Shown: one piece after another, positions 1 to 13,600 of the stretch | Position numbering within the stretch: position 1 is the stretch's first letter | Layout: every line of letters begins with the position of its first letter | Virus record (IMG/VR): IMGVR_UViG_3300044723_005784 | Span: 28,488-92,487 of that record | Direction: 5' to 3' (one strand) | DNA length: 64,000 nt | Source of the DNA: a virus | Taxonomy: Duplodnaviria > Caudoviricetes | Notes under the pieces: model-generated | Seen by the model: only the letters and a program-made list of their open reading frames with translations | What the model was told of the DNA's origin: nothing | Databases searched by the model: none | Position numbers and translations under genes: made by a program

Positions 1-30
1 TTTGTTATTAAGATACTTTTTACGTCGCAT
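1..30 (-). CDS. 5' end (partial) of a probable T4 gp55-like late sigma factor
   Basis: Reverse strand reads ATG..MRRKKYLNNK after an AAGGA SD. This resembles the gp55 N-terminal Y(V/L)NNK motif; only 10 codons are visible. Confidence 0.5.
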   Translation of the reverse strand, partial: MRRKKYLNNK

Positions 31-65
31 GTTAATCCTTTATAATATACTACTATTATACTGTC

Positions 66-73
66 TATAAATA
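66..73 (+). promoter_or_regulatory. T4-type late promoter TATAAATA
   Basis: Exact T4 late consensus, 27 nt upstream of the first structural gene. Confidence 0.65.
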
Positions 74-100
74 CAAATAGCAAATTATAAAAGGTATATA

Positions 101-955
101 ATGGCAAATTTATTTGATAATTTAGGTAGCAAGATATTTAGTAGATCAACAAGAATTGTTGATGAAGGGCTAAATCGTGCTATTCCTGGTGATAATTTTA
201 TTGCAAAAAGTGCCAGGTCCATTATAGGAAGTCAAGCGGAGAGGTTACTTTCCAATGCGTTAAACCCAGGTGGTGCTAGTTCCAGGGGCAACACACAAGC
301 AAACGTAAGTTTTAATGCTGAAAATGACATACGTGCAAGACTTGCACTAAGTCCACAGAGTGGGCCATTATTTTATAAAGATGGCAGTAATCAACTTATG
401 GCACCACTTGGACAAACAGATGGTGTGGTTTGGCCATATACACCAAATATAAACGTTAGTTACAGTGCAAGTTATGCCGGACAGAACCCTAGTCACACAA
501 ACTATACACAACAGAGCTATGGAATGAGCTCAGTTGATCAAATTAGTGTTGTAGGTCAATTTACAGCAAATAACCAAGACGAAGCCAGATACTTGCTGGC
601 TACACTCTGGTTCTTAAAGAGTGCAACCAAAAGTTTTTACGGCGCCGACCAAAACAGAGGCACGCCGCCGCCGGTGCTAAGATTTAGTGCGCATGGGGTC
701 CACATGTTTAAGAGCGTGCCAGTTGTAATTACAAACACAGTACAGGATTTTGAAAGCAACGTTGACTACATCGATACACCACTGCAACCAGGCAGCGGAT
801 CAATTGGTAATATGACACGAGTGCCTACACTTATAACAATTAACGTTACACTACAGCCGGTTGTTAGTCGCAGTGCGCAACAACGATTTAGTTTGGAAAA
901 CTATGCCAAAGGTAGATTGGTTGGTGGTAGCAGAGGACTAGGAGGTACTCCATAA
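101..955 (+). CDS. Baseplate/tail-tube-like structural protein (gp48/gp54-type tube fold)
   Basis: PYTP..., GTPPPVLRF and VPVVITN motifs typical of tube-initiator proteins; first gene of the baseplate operon. Confidence 0.6.
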   Translation: MANLFDNLGSKIFSRSTRIVDEGLNRAIPGDNFIAKSARSIIGSQAERLLSNALNPGGASSRGNTQANVSFNAENDIRARLALSPQSGPLFYKDGSNQLMAPLGQTDGVVWPYTPNINVSYSASYAGQNPSHTNYTQQSYGMSSVDQISVVGQFTANNQDEARYLLATLWFLKSATKSFYGADQNRGTPPPVLRFSAHGVHMFKSVPVVITNTVQDFESNVDYIDTPLQPGSGSIGNMTRVPTLITINVTLQPVVSRSAQQRFSLENYAKGRLVGGSRGLGGTP

Positions 956-1260
956 TGGCAACGGTTGAATACGAGCAAGATAGTCCTTATGCAAACACAG
1001 AAATGCACGGCAACTATTTGGATGTCATGACTTTTAGGCCTATCCCAAAATTAGACGATGATGTAATTTTTACTATTACTCAAACATATAAAAATCGGCC
1101 AGACTTACTTGCTGCTGACCTGTACAATAACTCCAATCTCTGGTGGGTATTTCAGATACGTAATCCTAATACTCTACTAGATCCAATATATGATTTTGAA
1201 GTTGGACTTAAAATTTATATTCCAAAGCAAGAGACACTAGAAAAAGCACTGGGGATTTAA
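955..1260 (+). CDS. Baseplate wedge protein, T4 gp53/LysM-like
   Basis: RPDLLAADLY..LWWVF..RNP motif; context. Confidence 0.75.
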   Translation: MATVEYEQDSPYANTEMHGNYLDVMTFRPIPKLDDDVIFTITQTYKNRPDLLAADLYNNSNLWWVFQIRNPNTLLDPIYDFEVGLKIYIPKQETLEKALGI

Positions 1261-1261
1261 T

Positions 1262-4114
<2,853 letters not shown>

Positions 4115-4124
4115 GGAGTAATCA

Positions 4125-6638
4125 ATGCCAACTAATACAAGAGGTGGCGCTAAAGGCGGTGACCAGGACTTTAAAACACAAGATGTCCGGGGCGTACGGG
4201 AAGACAAAGGTGTTGTTATTGGTGTTGTTAAAGTAAACAGCCACCCCACTCGTTCTGGCACAATGATGGTTTTTGTGCCTACCTTTAGTGATCAAGCAAG
4301 AGAAGAAGATAAAACTCAATGGCGTAGTGTAAAGTACGCCACGCCTTTTTATAGTCGCACTTCACAAACCAATTCCAATGGTAAAACAATCGACGCTACT
4401 GGTGACACCGTAGAAGCAGTTAAAAACACAAGTGGGTTTGTATTTCCAGCACCAGATGTTGGAAGTAGAGTACTGTGTGTTTTTCCAGAAGGCAGAAATG
4501 CTGATGGTTATTATTTTGCTTGTGCGCCTGATGTCTATATGATACAAAGCCTACCTGAAAGTAGCGCAAGTAAGAACTTTACAAAAAATCCTAATTTAGT
4601 TAGACACGACAAGGCACCAACGCTGGAGTTTAACGATACTGATAATGATGTTGGTAAGATTACTAACTTTTTAACACCCAAACGTGCGCTTGATACCCAT
4701 ACTGCTGGCTTCCTAAAAGCTCAGGGACTGGACCAGGACGAAATACGTGGACTTACCAGTAGTAGTTACACCAGAGAAACTCCTAGTGAAGTTATAGGTA
4801 TCAGTACAAAAGGCCGTAGGTTACTGCCAGGCGGACAAAAAATTGAATCCAAACCTAGTATTAATAAAGCATTAAATGAAGGAGGCACACTATCAGAGAT
4901 AGATGCAAAGGGCGTAGAAGCAAGACATGCTCGTGCCAAAGGTCACGCTCTTGTAATGGACGACGGAGATATAGAAGGCAACAATTCTCTTATGCGTTTC
5001 CGTACAGCCGCCGGCCACCAAATACTGTTACATGATACTGAAGATTTAATCTACATTGCTAATAGTAAAGGTACCAGCTGGATACAAATTGACGGACAGG
5101 GCCAGCTGGACATTTACAGTCAGACTAATATAAATTTACGAAGTAGAAATATTAACATGCATGCAGACCAAAATATTAAAATGCATGCAGGCCAAACTGT
5201 ACAGATAGTAGCAGGTGCTAACCTACACCTGGAAGGCACTAGTATGGCAAACCTATACAGTGACAAGGGAGCCACATTTATTCATGGCGGTTCTGCCGTT
5301 CATGTAAAAAGTGGCGGTGGTGTAAACATACAAGCAAGCAGCGGTATGAATCTAAAAGCAGGAGCCACTATTGCTATACAAGGCAGTTGTGTTGCGCTAC
5401 AAAGTTCGGCTGCTGGTGCTGGAAAGCAAAAAAAAGCAGTACAATTGACCCTAGAAGATACTACGCCTGACACCAAAGGATTTTATAATAGTGGCAAAGA
5501 ATTGCCAACCACTGTAGACAGAGTTCCTACTCATGAGCCTTATAAAAGCCATAACGTAGCAACGCCTCCATCTGTTTACGAGGCTGCTAATATTGACGAT
5601 ATAAAAAGCGGTGCAGATCTAACACCAGCTATACCAAAAGGCAAAGAGAAATTAGGCAAGACTGGTATAGAGCGAGCACTGGCCAATACAAACGACAAAC
5701 TAATTCCAGCACTTAGTATAGTTCAACAAAATGCGGCTGGAATAGCAATGGGAAATCTTAACAGCAAAGTAACACGTAACCTGGCAGCAGGAGTAACCAA
5801 TTTAGCTGGAAGCGGTGGGATGTCTAATTTTGTAAACAGTGTAACAGGCGCAGTTGGCAAATTTGGGGCAACTGTTGAAAATTTACAAAAAAATGGATTT
5901 GTTCGTCCTGAAGCACTATTTAACGGTCAATTGACAGATAGTAAGTTGTGGACTGGCAAAGATGGTATCAGTAGTGTAAGTAATTTTTTAAGCAATGATT
6001 TTACTCAAGAAAATATGTTTTATGCTGATACATTTAACAGTATGCAGGATGCATACAACAGCGGTGCTATTGACGAGTTTGACGATGAAGACACAATCGC
6101 AGGTATGACACTGGTAACATATGCCAGCGGCGATGCTGGCATTGCAGCAGATTATAGACAAGGAAACTATATTGATCCTAGGCCGCTAGCAGGTACTACT
6201 ATAGTGCCGGATAATAATGATATGACTAGCTATTACGACGACTATTTTCACACTGGTGTTGCAGCAAGTAAACAAAGCAGTACTGAAGATGGTCTGGGTT
6301 ACAGTTCAGGCTGGTATGAAAATATTAGTGGAGACGATAGTGCTACAGGTGCAAGAACAGTAGTAACACGTGACCCAGGGAAAAATGAAACTACTACAAA
6401 AGTTACAACTAGCGGAGGCACTACAACTCAGACAATAAAAACTGTATCTGGTGGCGGATCAATTACTCGAACGGCCGATGCCGCAAGTAGAGCTAGAGAC
6501 GAAGCACAGTTAGCGTCTGAAAGAATAGCAGACGAAAACAGAAGAAAACAAATTGCTAGAATAAAAGCAGAGACTGGGTTAAGTGGATCCGCCCTATTAA
6601 AAGAAGTACGACGCAGAGAAAATAATGGCACATTATAA
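4125..6638 (+). CDS. Baseplate central spike, T4 gp5/VgrG-like
   Basis: OB-fold motifs (GVVKVN.HPTRSG, PAPDVGSRVLCVF), AGHQILLHDT, beta-helix repeats (INMHA/IKMHA), RVPTHEPY. Confidence 0.75.
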   Translation: MPTNTRGGAKGGDQDFKTQDVRGVREDKGVVIGVVKVNSHPTRSGTMMVFVPTFSDQAREEDKTQWRSVKYATPFYSRTSQTNSNGKTIDATGDTVEAVKNTSGFVFPAPDVGSRVLCVFPEGRNADGYYFACAPDVYMIQSLPESSASKNFTKNPNLVRHDKAPTLEFNDTDNDVGKITNFLTPKRALDTHTAGFLKAQGLDQDEIRGLTSSSYTRETPSEVIGISTKGRRLLPGGQKIESKPSINKALNEGGTLSEIDAKGVEARHARAKGHALVMDDGDIEGNNSLMRFRTAAGHQILLHDTEDLIYIANSKGTSWIQIDGQGQLDIYSQTNINLRSRNINMHADQNIKMHAGQTVQIVAGANLHLEGTSMANLYSDKGATFIHGGSAVHVKSGGGVNIQASSGMNLKAGATIAIQGSCVALQSSAAGAGKQKKAVQLTLEDTTPDTKGFYNSGKELPTTVDRVPTHEPYKSHNVATPPSVYEAANIDDIKSGADLTPAIPKGKEKLGKTGIERALANTNDKLIPALSIVQQNAAGIAMGNLNSKVTRNLAAGVTNLAGSGGMSNFVNSVTGAVGKFGATVENLQKNGFVRPEALFNGQLTDSKLWTGKDGISSVSNFLSNDFTQENMFYADTFNSMQDAYNSGAIDEFDDEDTIAGMTLVTYASGDAGIAADYRQGNYIDPRPLAGTTIVPDNNDMTSYYDDYFHTGVAASKQSSTEDGLGYSSGWYENISGDDSATGARTVVTRDPGKNETTTKVTTSGGTTTQTIKTVSGGGSITRTADAASRARDEAQLASERIADENRRKQIARIKAETGLSGSALLKEVRRRENNGTL

Positions 6639-6667
6639 GATATGGGTATGTAACGGGTAAATACGGT

Positions 6668-7063
6668 ATGGCATTATACAAAGGATATAGTACACTAAAC
6701 AGTGAGTTTACTGGCAGTAAACTTGAAGATATAGAGTTGATTAAACGTGACTTGCTGAATAATTTTGGCATTCGGCGCGGTGAAAAACTAATGAATGCAA
6801 ACTTTGGTACTAGTATTCAAGATATTATTATGGATCCACTAACAGAAGACACTAAAAATTTAATATTAGACGAAATTCAACAAGTAATCGACTACGATCC
6901 CAGGGTAGAACTACAGGAACTTATTGTGGACGAGTTACCACAAGGAAATGGTATCGGTGCCCAAGTAAGTTTATTATATGTTCAACAAAATCAAACAGAA
7001 ACTATGCTTGTTAAGTTTTTGAATGTAGACGGAGTAATGAATACTTCCAGTGAGATTTTATAA
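6668..7063 (+). CDS. Baseplate wedge subunit gp25-like
   Basis: LLN.F.IRRGEKLMNANFGT...DPRV gp25 signature. Confidence 0.85.
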   Translation: MALYKGYSTLNSEFTGSKLEDIELIKRDLLNNFGIRRGEKLMNANFGTSIQDIIMDPLTEDTKNLILDEIQQVIDYDPRVELQELIVDELPQGNGIGAQVSLLYVQQNQTETMLVKFLNVDGVMNTSSEIL

Positions 7064-7083
7064 TATTAGTAGATAATTAATGC

Positions 7084-7091
7084 CATAAATA
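7084..7091 (+). promoter_or_regulatory. Late-promoter-like CATAAATA
   Basis: Intergenic TAAATA core upstream of the gp6-like gene. Confidence 0.5.
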
Positions 7092-7111
7092 CTTAAAATG
7101 GATTGTTAAAC

Positions 7112-10100
7112 ATGGCATCAACTGCACGACAGAGTAACTTATTTGCTAGCGAAGACTGGACTAAAGTCTATGAAACCTTTAGGGAAATAGACTTCCAGGC
7201 CTACGACTTTCAAACTATAAGAAAAACAATGATAGACTATCTCAGGACATACTATCCTGAGGATTTCAATGACTACATTGAGAGCAGTGAATATATTGCA
7301 CTTATTGATCTTATTGCATATATTGCACAAAGCCTGAGTTTTCGTGCAGACTTAAATGCTAGAGAAAATTTCCTAGAAACAGCAGAACGCAGAGATAGTA
7401 TTCTTCGAATTGCGAAAATGCTTAACTATCAGCCTAAACGTGCACAAGTCGCACGTGGTTTACTTAAATTTCAGGCAGTACAAACCACAGAAAATGTTAT
7501 TGATAGCAACGGCAATAATTTGCAAAACACACAGATTTTTTGGGGCGATAATACAAACCCTGACTTCTTGGAACAGTTTACAACGATCCTCAATGCTAGT
7601 TTTAATAAAACTCAGAGATTTGGCAATCCTTCCCTTAGTACCACTATAGTAGGTATCCCCACGGATGAATATCAGATTAGTACTGTGCCTAATACTGTTA
7701 GTGTTTACCCTTTTGAAACAGACCTCGGCGGCAATACATTTGGGTTTGAGATCGTTAACGGAACTCATGCAAATACAAACTTTTTATATGAGGTAAGCCC
7801 AAAGCCTGGGAATACACTAAATTGTATCTACAAAAACGACAGTCAAGGGTTTGCCAGTCAAAACAATGGCTTCTTCTTTTATTTTAAACAAGGCCAACTG
7901 CAAACTGTAGACTTCAACATAAATGAAAGTTTACCCAACCGAATTGTTGAATTGGATACTAATAGTATTGATAATAATGATGTTTGGTTATACCAACTTG
8001 ATGAGAATGGTTTAGAAGGCAAACAATGGATTAAGGTCCCTGCTATTAATGGAACTAATGTAATCTATAACAGCCTTGCCAAAGACAGTAATACACAATT
8101 TGCAGTAAACAGCAGATCAGCAGACCAAATTAGCCTCTCGTTTGGGGATGGGGTGTTCAGTGATATTCCGGTTGGAAATTTTCGTGCGTATTTTAGAACT
8201 GGCAACGGTTTAACTTATAAAATTACTCCCCAAGATGCACCAGACATAAGTTTGGATATTCCGTATATAAGTCATAGCGGACAAATTGAAACGCTTACTG
8301 TGGGTCTTAGTTTAGAGTATACTGTAGCTAATGCAAGCTCAAGAGAAAATTTAAATGATGTAAAACAAAAGGCACAGCAACAATATTATACACAACAGCG
8401 TATGATTACAGGTGAAGATTATCAAATTTTCCCCTTTACTAGCTTTAATAATGTTATTAAAACAAAAGCAATTAATAGAACTGCGAGTGGAGTCAGTAGA
8501 TACCTAGATGTTAGAGATACTACTGGAAAATATTCTAGTACTAATATTGTTGCAGAAGACGGAATTTTCTATAACGAAAATGTACTTAAAAACTTTGCTT
8601 TTACTTTTACAACAGCCAGCGATGTCAGTAACATTATTAGTAAAAATTTAGAACCAGTTATTCAAAACAAAGAAACATTGCATTATTACTACGATAATTA
8701 TCCTTTTGTTGGTGTTACTAATTTGGGTGTAGATTGGAATCGCAGTACGCAAGGCAGTGGCGCTTGTACTGGGTACTTTAAAAATGCAGTCAGTGATGGT
8801 CCATTGTCCATTGGTGGGTTTACTAGTAGTAACCTAAAACATGTTAAACAAGGCAGCCTTGTTAAATTTACAGCACCAGCTGGTAAAGTGTTTGATCTTA
8901 GTAACGCACTTATTACAGGCACAAGTGGCACAGCAAATACTAAAGATTATATTTGGAGCGGAATTACAACGGTGGTTGACGATGGTATTAACCAAGGTGC
9001 AGGTAATCTAGCAACTGGGCAAGGACCAATTTCACTTAGTGAAAATATTCCAAGTGATGCAGTACTCGACAGTGTAATTGCTCCCTGGAATACTGTGCTA
9101 CCAAGTGCTATTAGACAGACAATTGTAGATAACGTAATAACATTTAAAACATTTGGATTACGATATGATTATGATACAAACGCATGGGTAATTATTACAG
9201 GCGCTAATTTAGATCAAACTAATACATTTAGTCTAGACTATGCTGGTAATACCCAAAATCTCAACAGAGATGCTAGTTGGTTATTTAAGTTTACCAATGA
9301 CGGCAGTACATATACTGTAAATTACAGAAGTCTGTCATATATATTTGAGAGTTTTCTGGAAACACGATTTTACTTCGACAAGGACCTAAAAATATTTGAT
9401 CCTAGAACTAGCAAAACTATCAGAGACAAAGTAAACATACTTAAAGTTAACAGCCAACCTGACAGTAGCAATGCACTTAATAACAACTATATTATGAATG
9501 TAGACGATCAGATTATAGAAACAGACGGTTACGTTCTTAGTGAAAAAATTAAAGTAACTTTTCCTGACCAGGACGATGACGGTGTAGTTGATGACCCGGA
9601 AGTTTTTGATAAAGTTGTTGCTCCAGATGTAAATTCTAGTAGCAAGATTGTATTCTATAAAACATACCTAGACACAGATGGCTTTGAACGACTTGAAAAT
9701 ATACCAAGCACAAGTATTGACGTATCCTATACCAGTCTAGCAGATATTGAAGCCGCTAAAAACAGTTTTAATAGTGGGCAATTATTTTATATTACAAGTA
9801 CTGCCAAGTTTTACATACTGAGTATTGATGCAACTAATGCAAAAATTATTACAGAAAGTACTGACTATATCACTAAAACTGGACGTAGTAACTTGTTATT
9901 CCAGTATACGCACAACTCTCCAAACAACAGGCGTATTGATCCAAGTCCTACAAATATCATAGACATGTTTATGCTAACAACAGTTTATGACAATGACTAT
10001 AGGAACTTTATACAAGATATAACAGGCAGTACGCAAAAGCCAACCAAGCCAACAACTACAGAACTTAGAGACGCATTTGGATCCCTGGATCAATATAAAA

Positions 10101-10648
10101 GTATTAGTGATACTATTGTGTTCAATAGTGTAACATACAGACCATTATTTGGCACAAAGGCAGATGAAGAATTGCAAGCAAGTTTTAAAGTTGTAAAAAA
10201 TAAAAGCACACTAATAAGTGATAACGAAATTAAAGCCAAGACAATTGGTGCTATAAACCGATATTTTGCAATAGAAAACTGGGACTTTGGCGACACATTT
10301 TACTTTAGTGAACTGAGTGCATACTTACATAATGTGCTAGCACCAGATGTGCTTAGTATTATTATTGTTCCCCGTGCTAGTACTGCAAGTTTTGGTAGTT
10401 TATACCAAATACAAAGTCAGAGCGATGAAATCTTTATTAGTGCTGCTCAAGTAAGTGACGTTGATATAATTGATGTTATAACAGCATCACAACTACGTGC
10501 ATCTGGCACAGTTGTAAATGAGACTGCTAGCAACGTTATAACAGAAAGCGCAAGTGGCACAGGTACTAGTACACTTGCAACCACTACAAATACACTCACC
10601 GTAAATAACAATGTTGGCATTACCAATAGCGGAGGGTATAGTTATTAA
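7112..10648 (+). CDS. Baseplate wedge protein gp6-like
   Basis: DFQTIRKTMIDYL, ENFLETAERRDSILRIAKML.Y.P, FGDG.F, QQRMITGEDY; ATG at 7112 preferred. Confidence 0.8.
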   Translation: MASTARQSNLFASEDWTKVYETFREIDFQAYDFQTIRKTMIDYLRTYYPEDFNDYIESSEYIALIDLIAYIAQSLSFRADLNARENFLETAERRDSILRIAKMLNYQPKRAQVARGLLKFQAVQTTENVIDSNGNNLQNTQIFWGDNTNPDFLEQFTTILNASFNKTQRFGNPSLSTTIVGIPTDEYQISTVPNTVSVYPFETDLGGNTFGFEIVNGTHANTNFLYEVSPKPGNTLNCIYKNDSQGFASQNNGFFFYFKQGQLQTVDFNINESLPNRIVELDTNSIDNNDVWLYQLDENGLEGKQWIKVPAINGTNVIYNSLAKDSNTQFAVNSRSADQISLSFGDGVFSDIPVGNFRAYFRTGNGLTYKITPQDAPDISLDIPYISHSGQIETLTVGLSLEYTVANASSRENLNDVKQKAQQQYYTQQRMITGEDYQIFPFTSFNNVIKTKAINRTASGVSRYLDVRDTTGKYSSTNIVAEDGIFYNENVLKNFAFTFTTASDVSNIISKNLEPVIQNKETLHYYYDNYPFVGVTNLGVDWNRSTQGSGACTGYFKNAVSDGPLSIGGFTSSNLKHVKQGSLVKFTAPAGKVFDLSNALITGTSGTANTKDYIWSGITTVVDDGINQGAGNLATGQGPISLSENIPSDAVLDSVIAPWNTVLPSAIRQTIVDNVITFKTFGLRYDYDTNAWVIITGANLDQTNTFSLDYAGNTQNLNRDASWLFKFTNDGSTYTVNYRSLSYIFESFLETRFYFDKDLKIFDPRTSKTIRDKVNILKVNSQPDSSNALNNNYIMNVDDQIIETDGYVLSEKIKVTFPDQDDDGVVDDPEVFDKVVAPDVNSSSKIVFYKTYLDTDGFERLENIPSTSIDVSYTSLADIEAAKNSFNSGQLFYITSTAKFYILSIDATNAKIITESTDYITKTGRSNLLFQYTHNSPNNRRIDPSPTNIIDMFMLTTVYDNDYRNFIQDITGSTQKPTKPTTTELRDAFGSLDQYKSISDTIVFNSVTYRPLFGTKADEELQASFKVVKNKSTLISDNEIKAKTIGAINRYFAIENWDFGDTFYFSELSAYLHNVLAPDVLSIIIVPRASTASFGSLYQIQSQSDEIFISAAQVSDVDIIDVITASQLRASGTVVNETASNVITESASGTGTSTLATTTNTLTVNNNVGITNSGGYSY

Positions 10649-13600
10649 TGGCTACTAGAAAAAGTTCTACACTACTGCCTGAAATTTTCAGGAGTAGTAA
10701 GAATAAAAAATTCCTTAACGCTACGCTTGACCAGCTAATAAGCGAACCAGCGCCTGTAAAGATCAATAGCTATATAGGTAGGAAAAATTCTGCTGGGTAT
10801 GTGGTTGGTGATGGTTATCTTCAAGAGACCACTGTTGAACGACAAAATTTTCAGTTAGAGCCAGCAGTAATTTATAAAGATAGTAATAAAAAGATCGATT
10901 CAGTACACATGTACACAGATATGCTGAATGCAGTAAATTACTACAATGGGAATAGTACAAAAACTACAGACTTATTTGCTCAAGACTATTACAACTGGAG
11001 CGGCTTTGTTGATTACGACAAGTTAGTTAACTATGGTGAATATTTTTGGCTACCAGAGGGACCAGATAGTGTACAAGTTTTCAGTAGTGCGGTTGACACA
11101 CAGGATAGTTTTAAAGTACTCAGGGAAAGTGTAAATTACGAACGCTATCCGTTTGATAGCACCAACTTTGATGCACAGCCGTTTGATGGGGTTACCACAG
11201 ACATAGCGGTAGGCGAACCATTCTATAGGTTTGATGATGTAACAAGCAATCCTAATCCGACGCTTTATCTAGCACGTGGAGGCGAATATACATTTGAGGT
11301 TGAACAGGAAGGTGTACCATTTTGGATCCAAACTGAGCGTGGGCTTAGTGGAGAAAGTACTACACAAGGAAACGTAAGCACCAGAGAAGTAGCAGGTGTT
11401 ACAAATAATGGTGCAGAAGTTGGAACAATTACTTGGCGAGTACCAACTATTGATAGTCAAAATAGTCTTGTAGAAATGGTACAGCAACACACAGTTGACT
11501 TTGCAACACATCACACATACAAAGAATTACAAAACCGAGTACTCAGTGACTTTTTTGCAGAGCATCAGACTGGTATCGACGGCGTCACACAAATTGATGG
11601 TAAAACAATTATTTTTGCTACCACCAATCCAGATGCTGACGAATGGGAACAAGGCAGCTTGTATGACAGCTATGGTTATGATAGCAACACAGATCCAGTA
11701 ACACTCGCCCCGGGATCGTTTGATACAACAACAACACTTACATTTGACGAACGATATGGTGTCTTTCGTGTAAACATCGTTAATATTAGCGGGACAGACA
11801 CAATCCAACTTACTAGACTTGCGGATATTGATAGACTTAAAAAAGTAGGCGTTAAAAGTGGCGTTAACTATGGTAATAGAGAGTTTGAACGTACAGCAGA
11901 AGGCTTCTTACAACTTATTCCACCTATCACTGCTATACAGGACACACTATTCTACCAAGATGGTGTAGATGCTAACCGCTTTGGTAAGATTGTTTTAGTA
12001 GATCCTGGCAATAATGCAAAAATTAACGTAGTAGACGATATACTAGGCCAACCCAGTTATGCTAGTCCCAATGGCGTGAACTTTATTAATGGGCTCAAAG
12101 TTGAGTTTAATAGTGATGTTATTCCAAGCACATATGCTGGAGAATGGTATGTAGAGGGAGTAGGCACAGAAATTCAACTAGTTAACGTTGATAGCCTAAA
12201 AACACCTGAGCCGTATTCAGAAACCCTTGTTAACGGATACGACAGTGATCTGTTCGATAACGGAGGACTAGAGCAAACCAAAGATGCCCCAATTTTACAA
12301 GATTATATATTAATTAACAGAGCTAGCTCTGACTTAAATGCTTGGAGCAGATACAACCGTTGGTTCCACCGCAGAGTTATTGAAGCAACCGCGACATTAA
12401 ATGGATTCAATCCAACAATTGAAGAAACTGCCAGAGCAAAACGGCCAATTATTGAATTTGATGCAGGACTCCAATTATTTAACTATGGTACAAATGGTAA
12501 ACGTTATGTTGATGTGATTGATGTTACGCAAACGGATGCACTTAGTAACGTAAACGGTGCTGTTGGATACTTTAGTGAGCAATTCAATCTTACTCCTGGT
12601 GTTACCGTTGTGTTTACGCAAGACTTAGACACTAGACAAAATGTCTATCAGGTTAAAAAAGTAGACGAGGATAACGACAGTACTACTAGTAAAATTATTG
12701 TACTAGAACGCATTGATACAATTGAGCCTGGAGACGTACTAGTTAGTAACTTTGGTGCGGGTGTACAAGGCAAAGCATACCACTTTAAAGATACAACTTC
12801 GGGTTGGGTTTCAGCACAACAAAAAACTAAAATTAATCAGGAGCCGTTGTTTGATATATTTGACGCTACACACACTAGTTTCAGTGATGGTACCAGATAT
12901 CCAAGTAGTACATTTGTCGGCAATAAGTTGTTGAGTTACAAACGAGCTACAACTGGCAGTGCAGACACCAAGTTAGGATTTGCGTTAACATATAAAAACT
13001 TTGATTCCATTGGAGACATTGTCTTTGAAAACAACTATATTAAAGACACATTCCAGTATACTAAATCTGACACTGGTGCTACAAATTTAATTGTTAAAAG
13101 TGGACACGTACACAAATTTAAAAAACAATCTGACGGTACTACCAAACGTACCTTAGAAAATGGTTGGCGTAAGGTTATGCGCCCAAGTGAACAATGGCAA
13201 ATTGTCCAGTATGACGTCGACACAGAATTTTATAGTTTTGAAATAGGCAGTGCCAAGACTGAAATGTCCGGGTTCAGCACACTCAAAGTTTATTTAAATA
13301 ATTTGTTTGTCGATCCTAGCAAATATACAGAAGTAACTATTAATGACAAATATTTTGTAACATTTACTGATGCACTGAACAAAGGTGATGTTGTTACGAT
13401 CAAAGTTATTAGTTCTACAGTTAATTCATTGGGCTATTACGCAGTGCCACTTAACTTGGAAAACAATGCTAATAACGAAGATTTTACCGAGATTACTGTA
13501 GGCCAAGCACGTAACCATTTAACAGAATTAGCAACAAATATTCCAACACTGGTTGGCAACAGCCTGGGATCAAATAATATTCGTGATATTGACTATAAGA

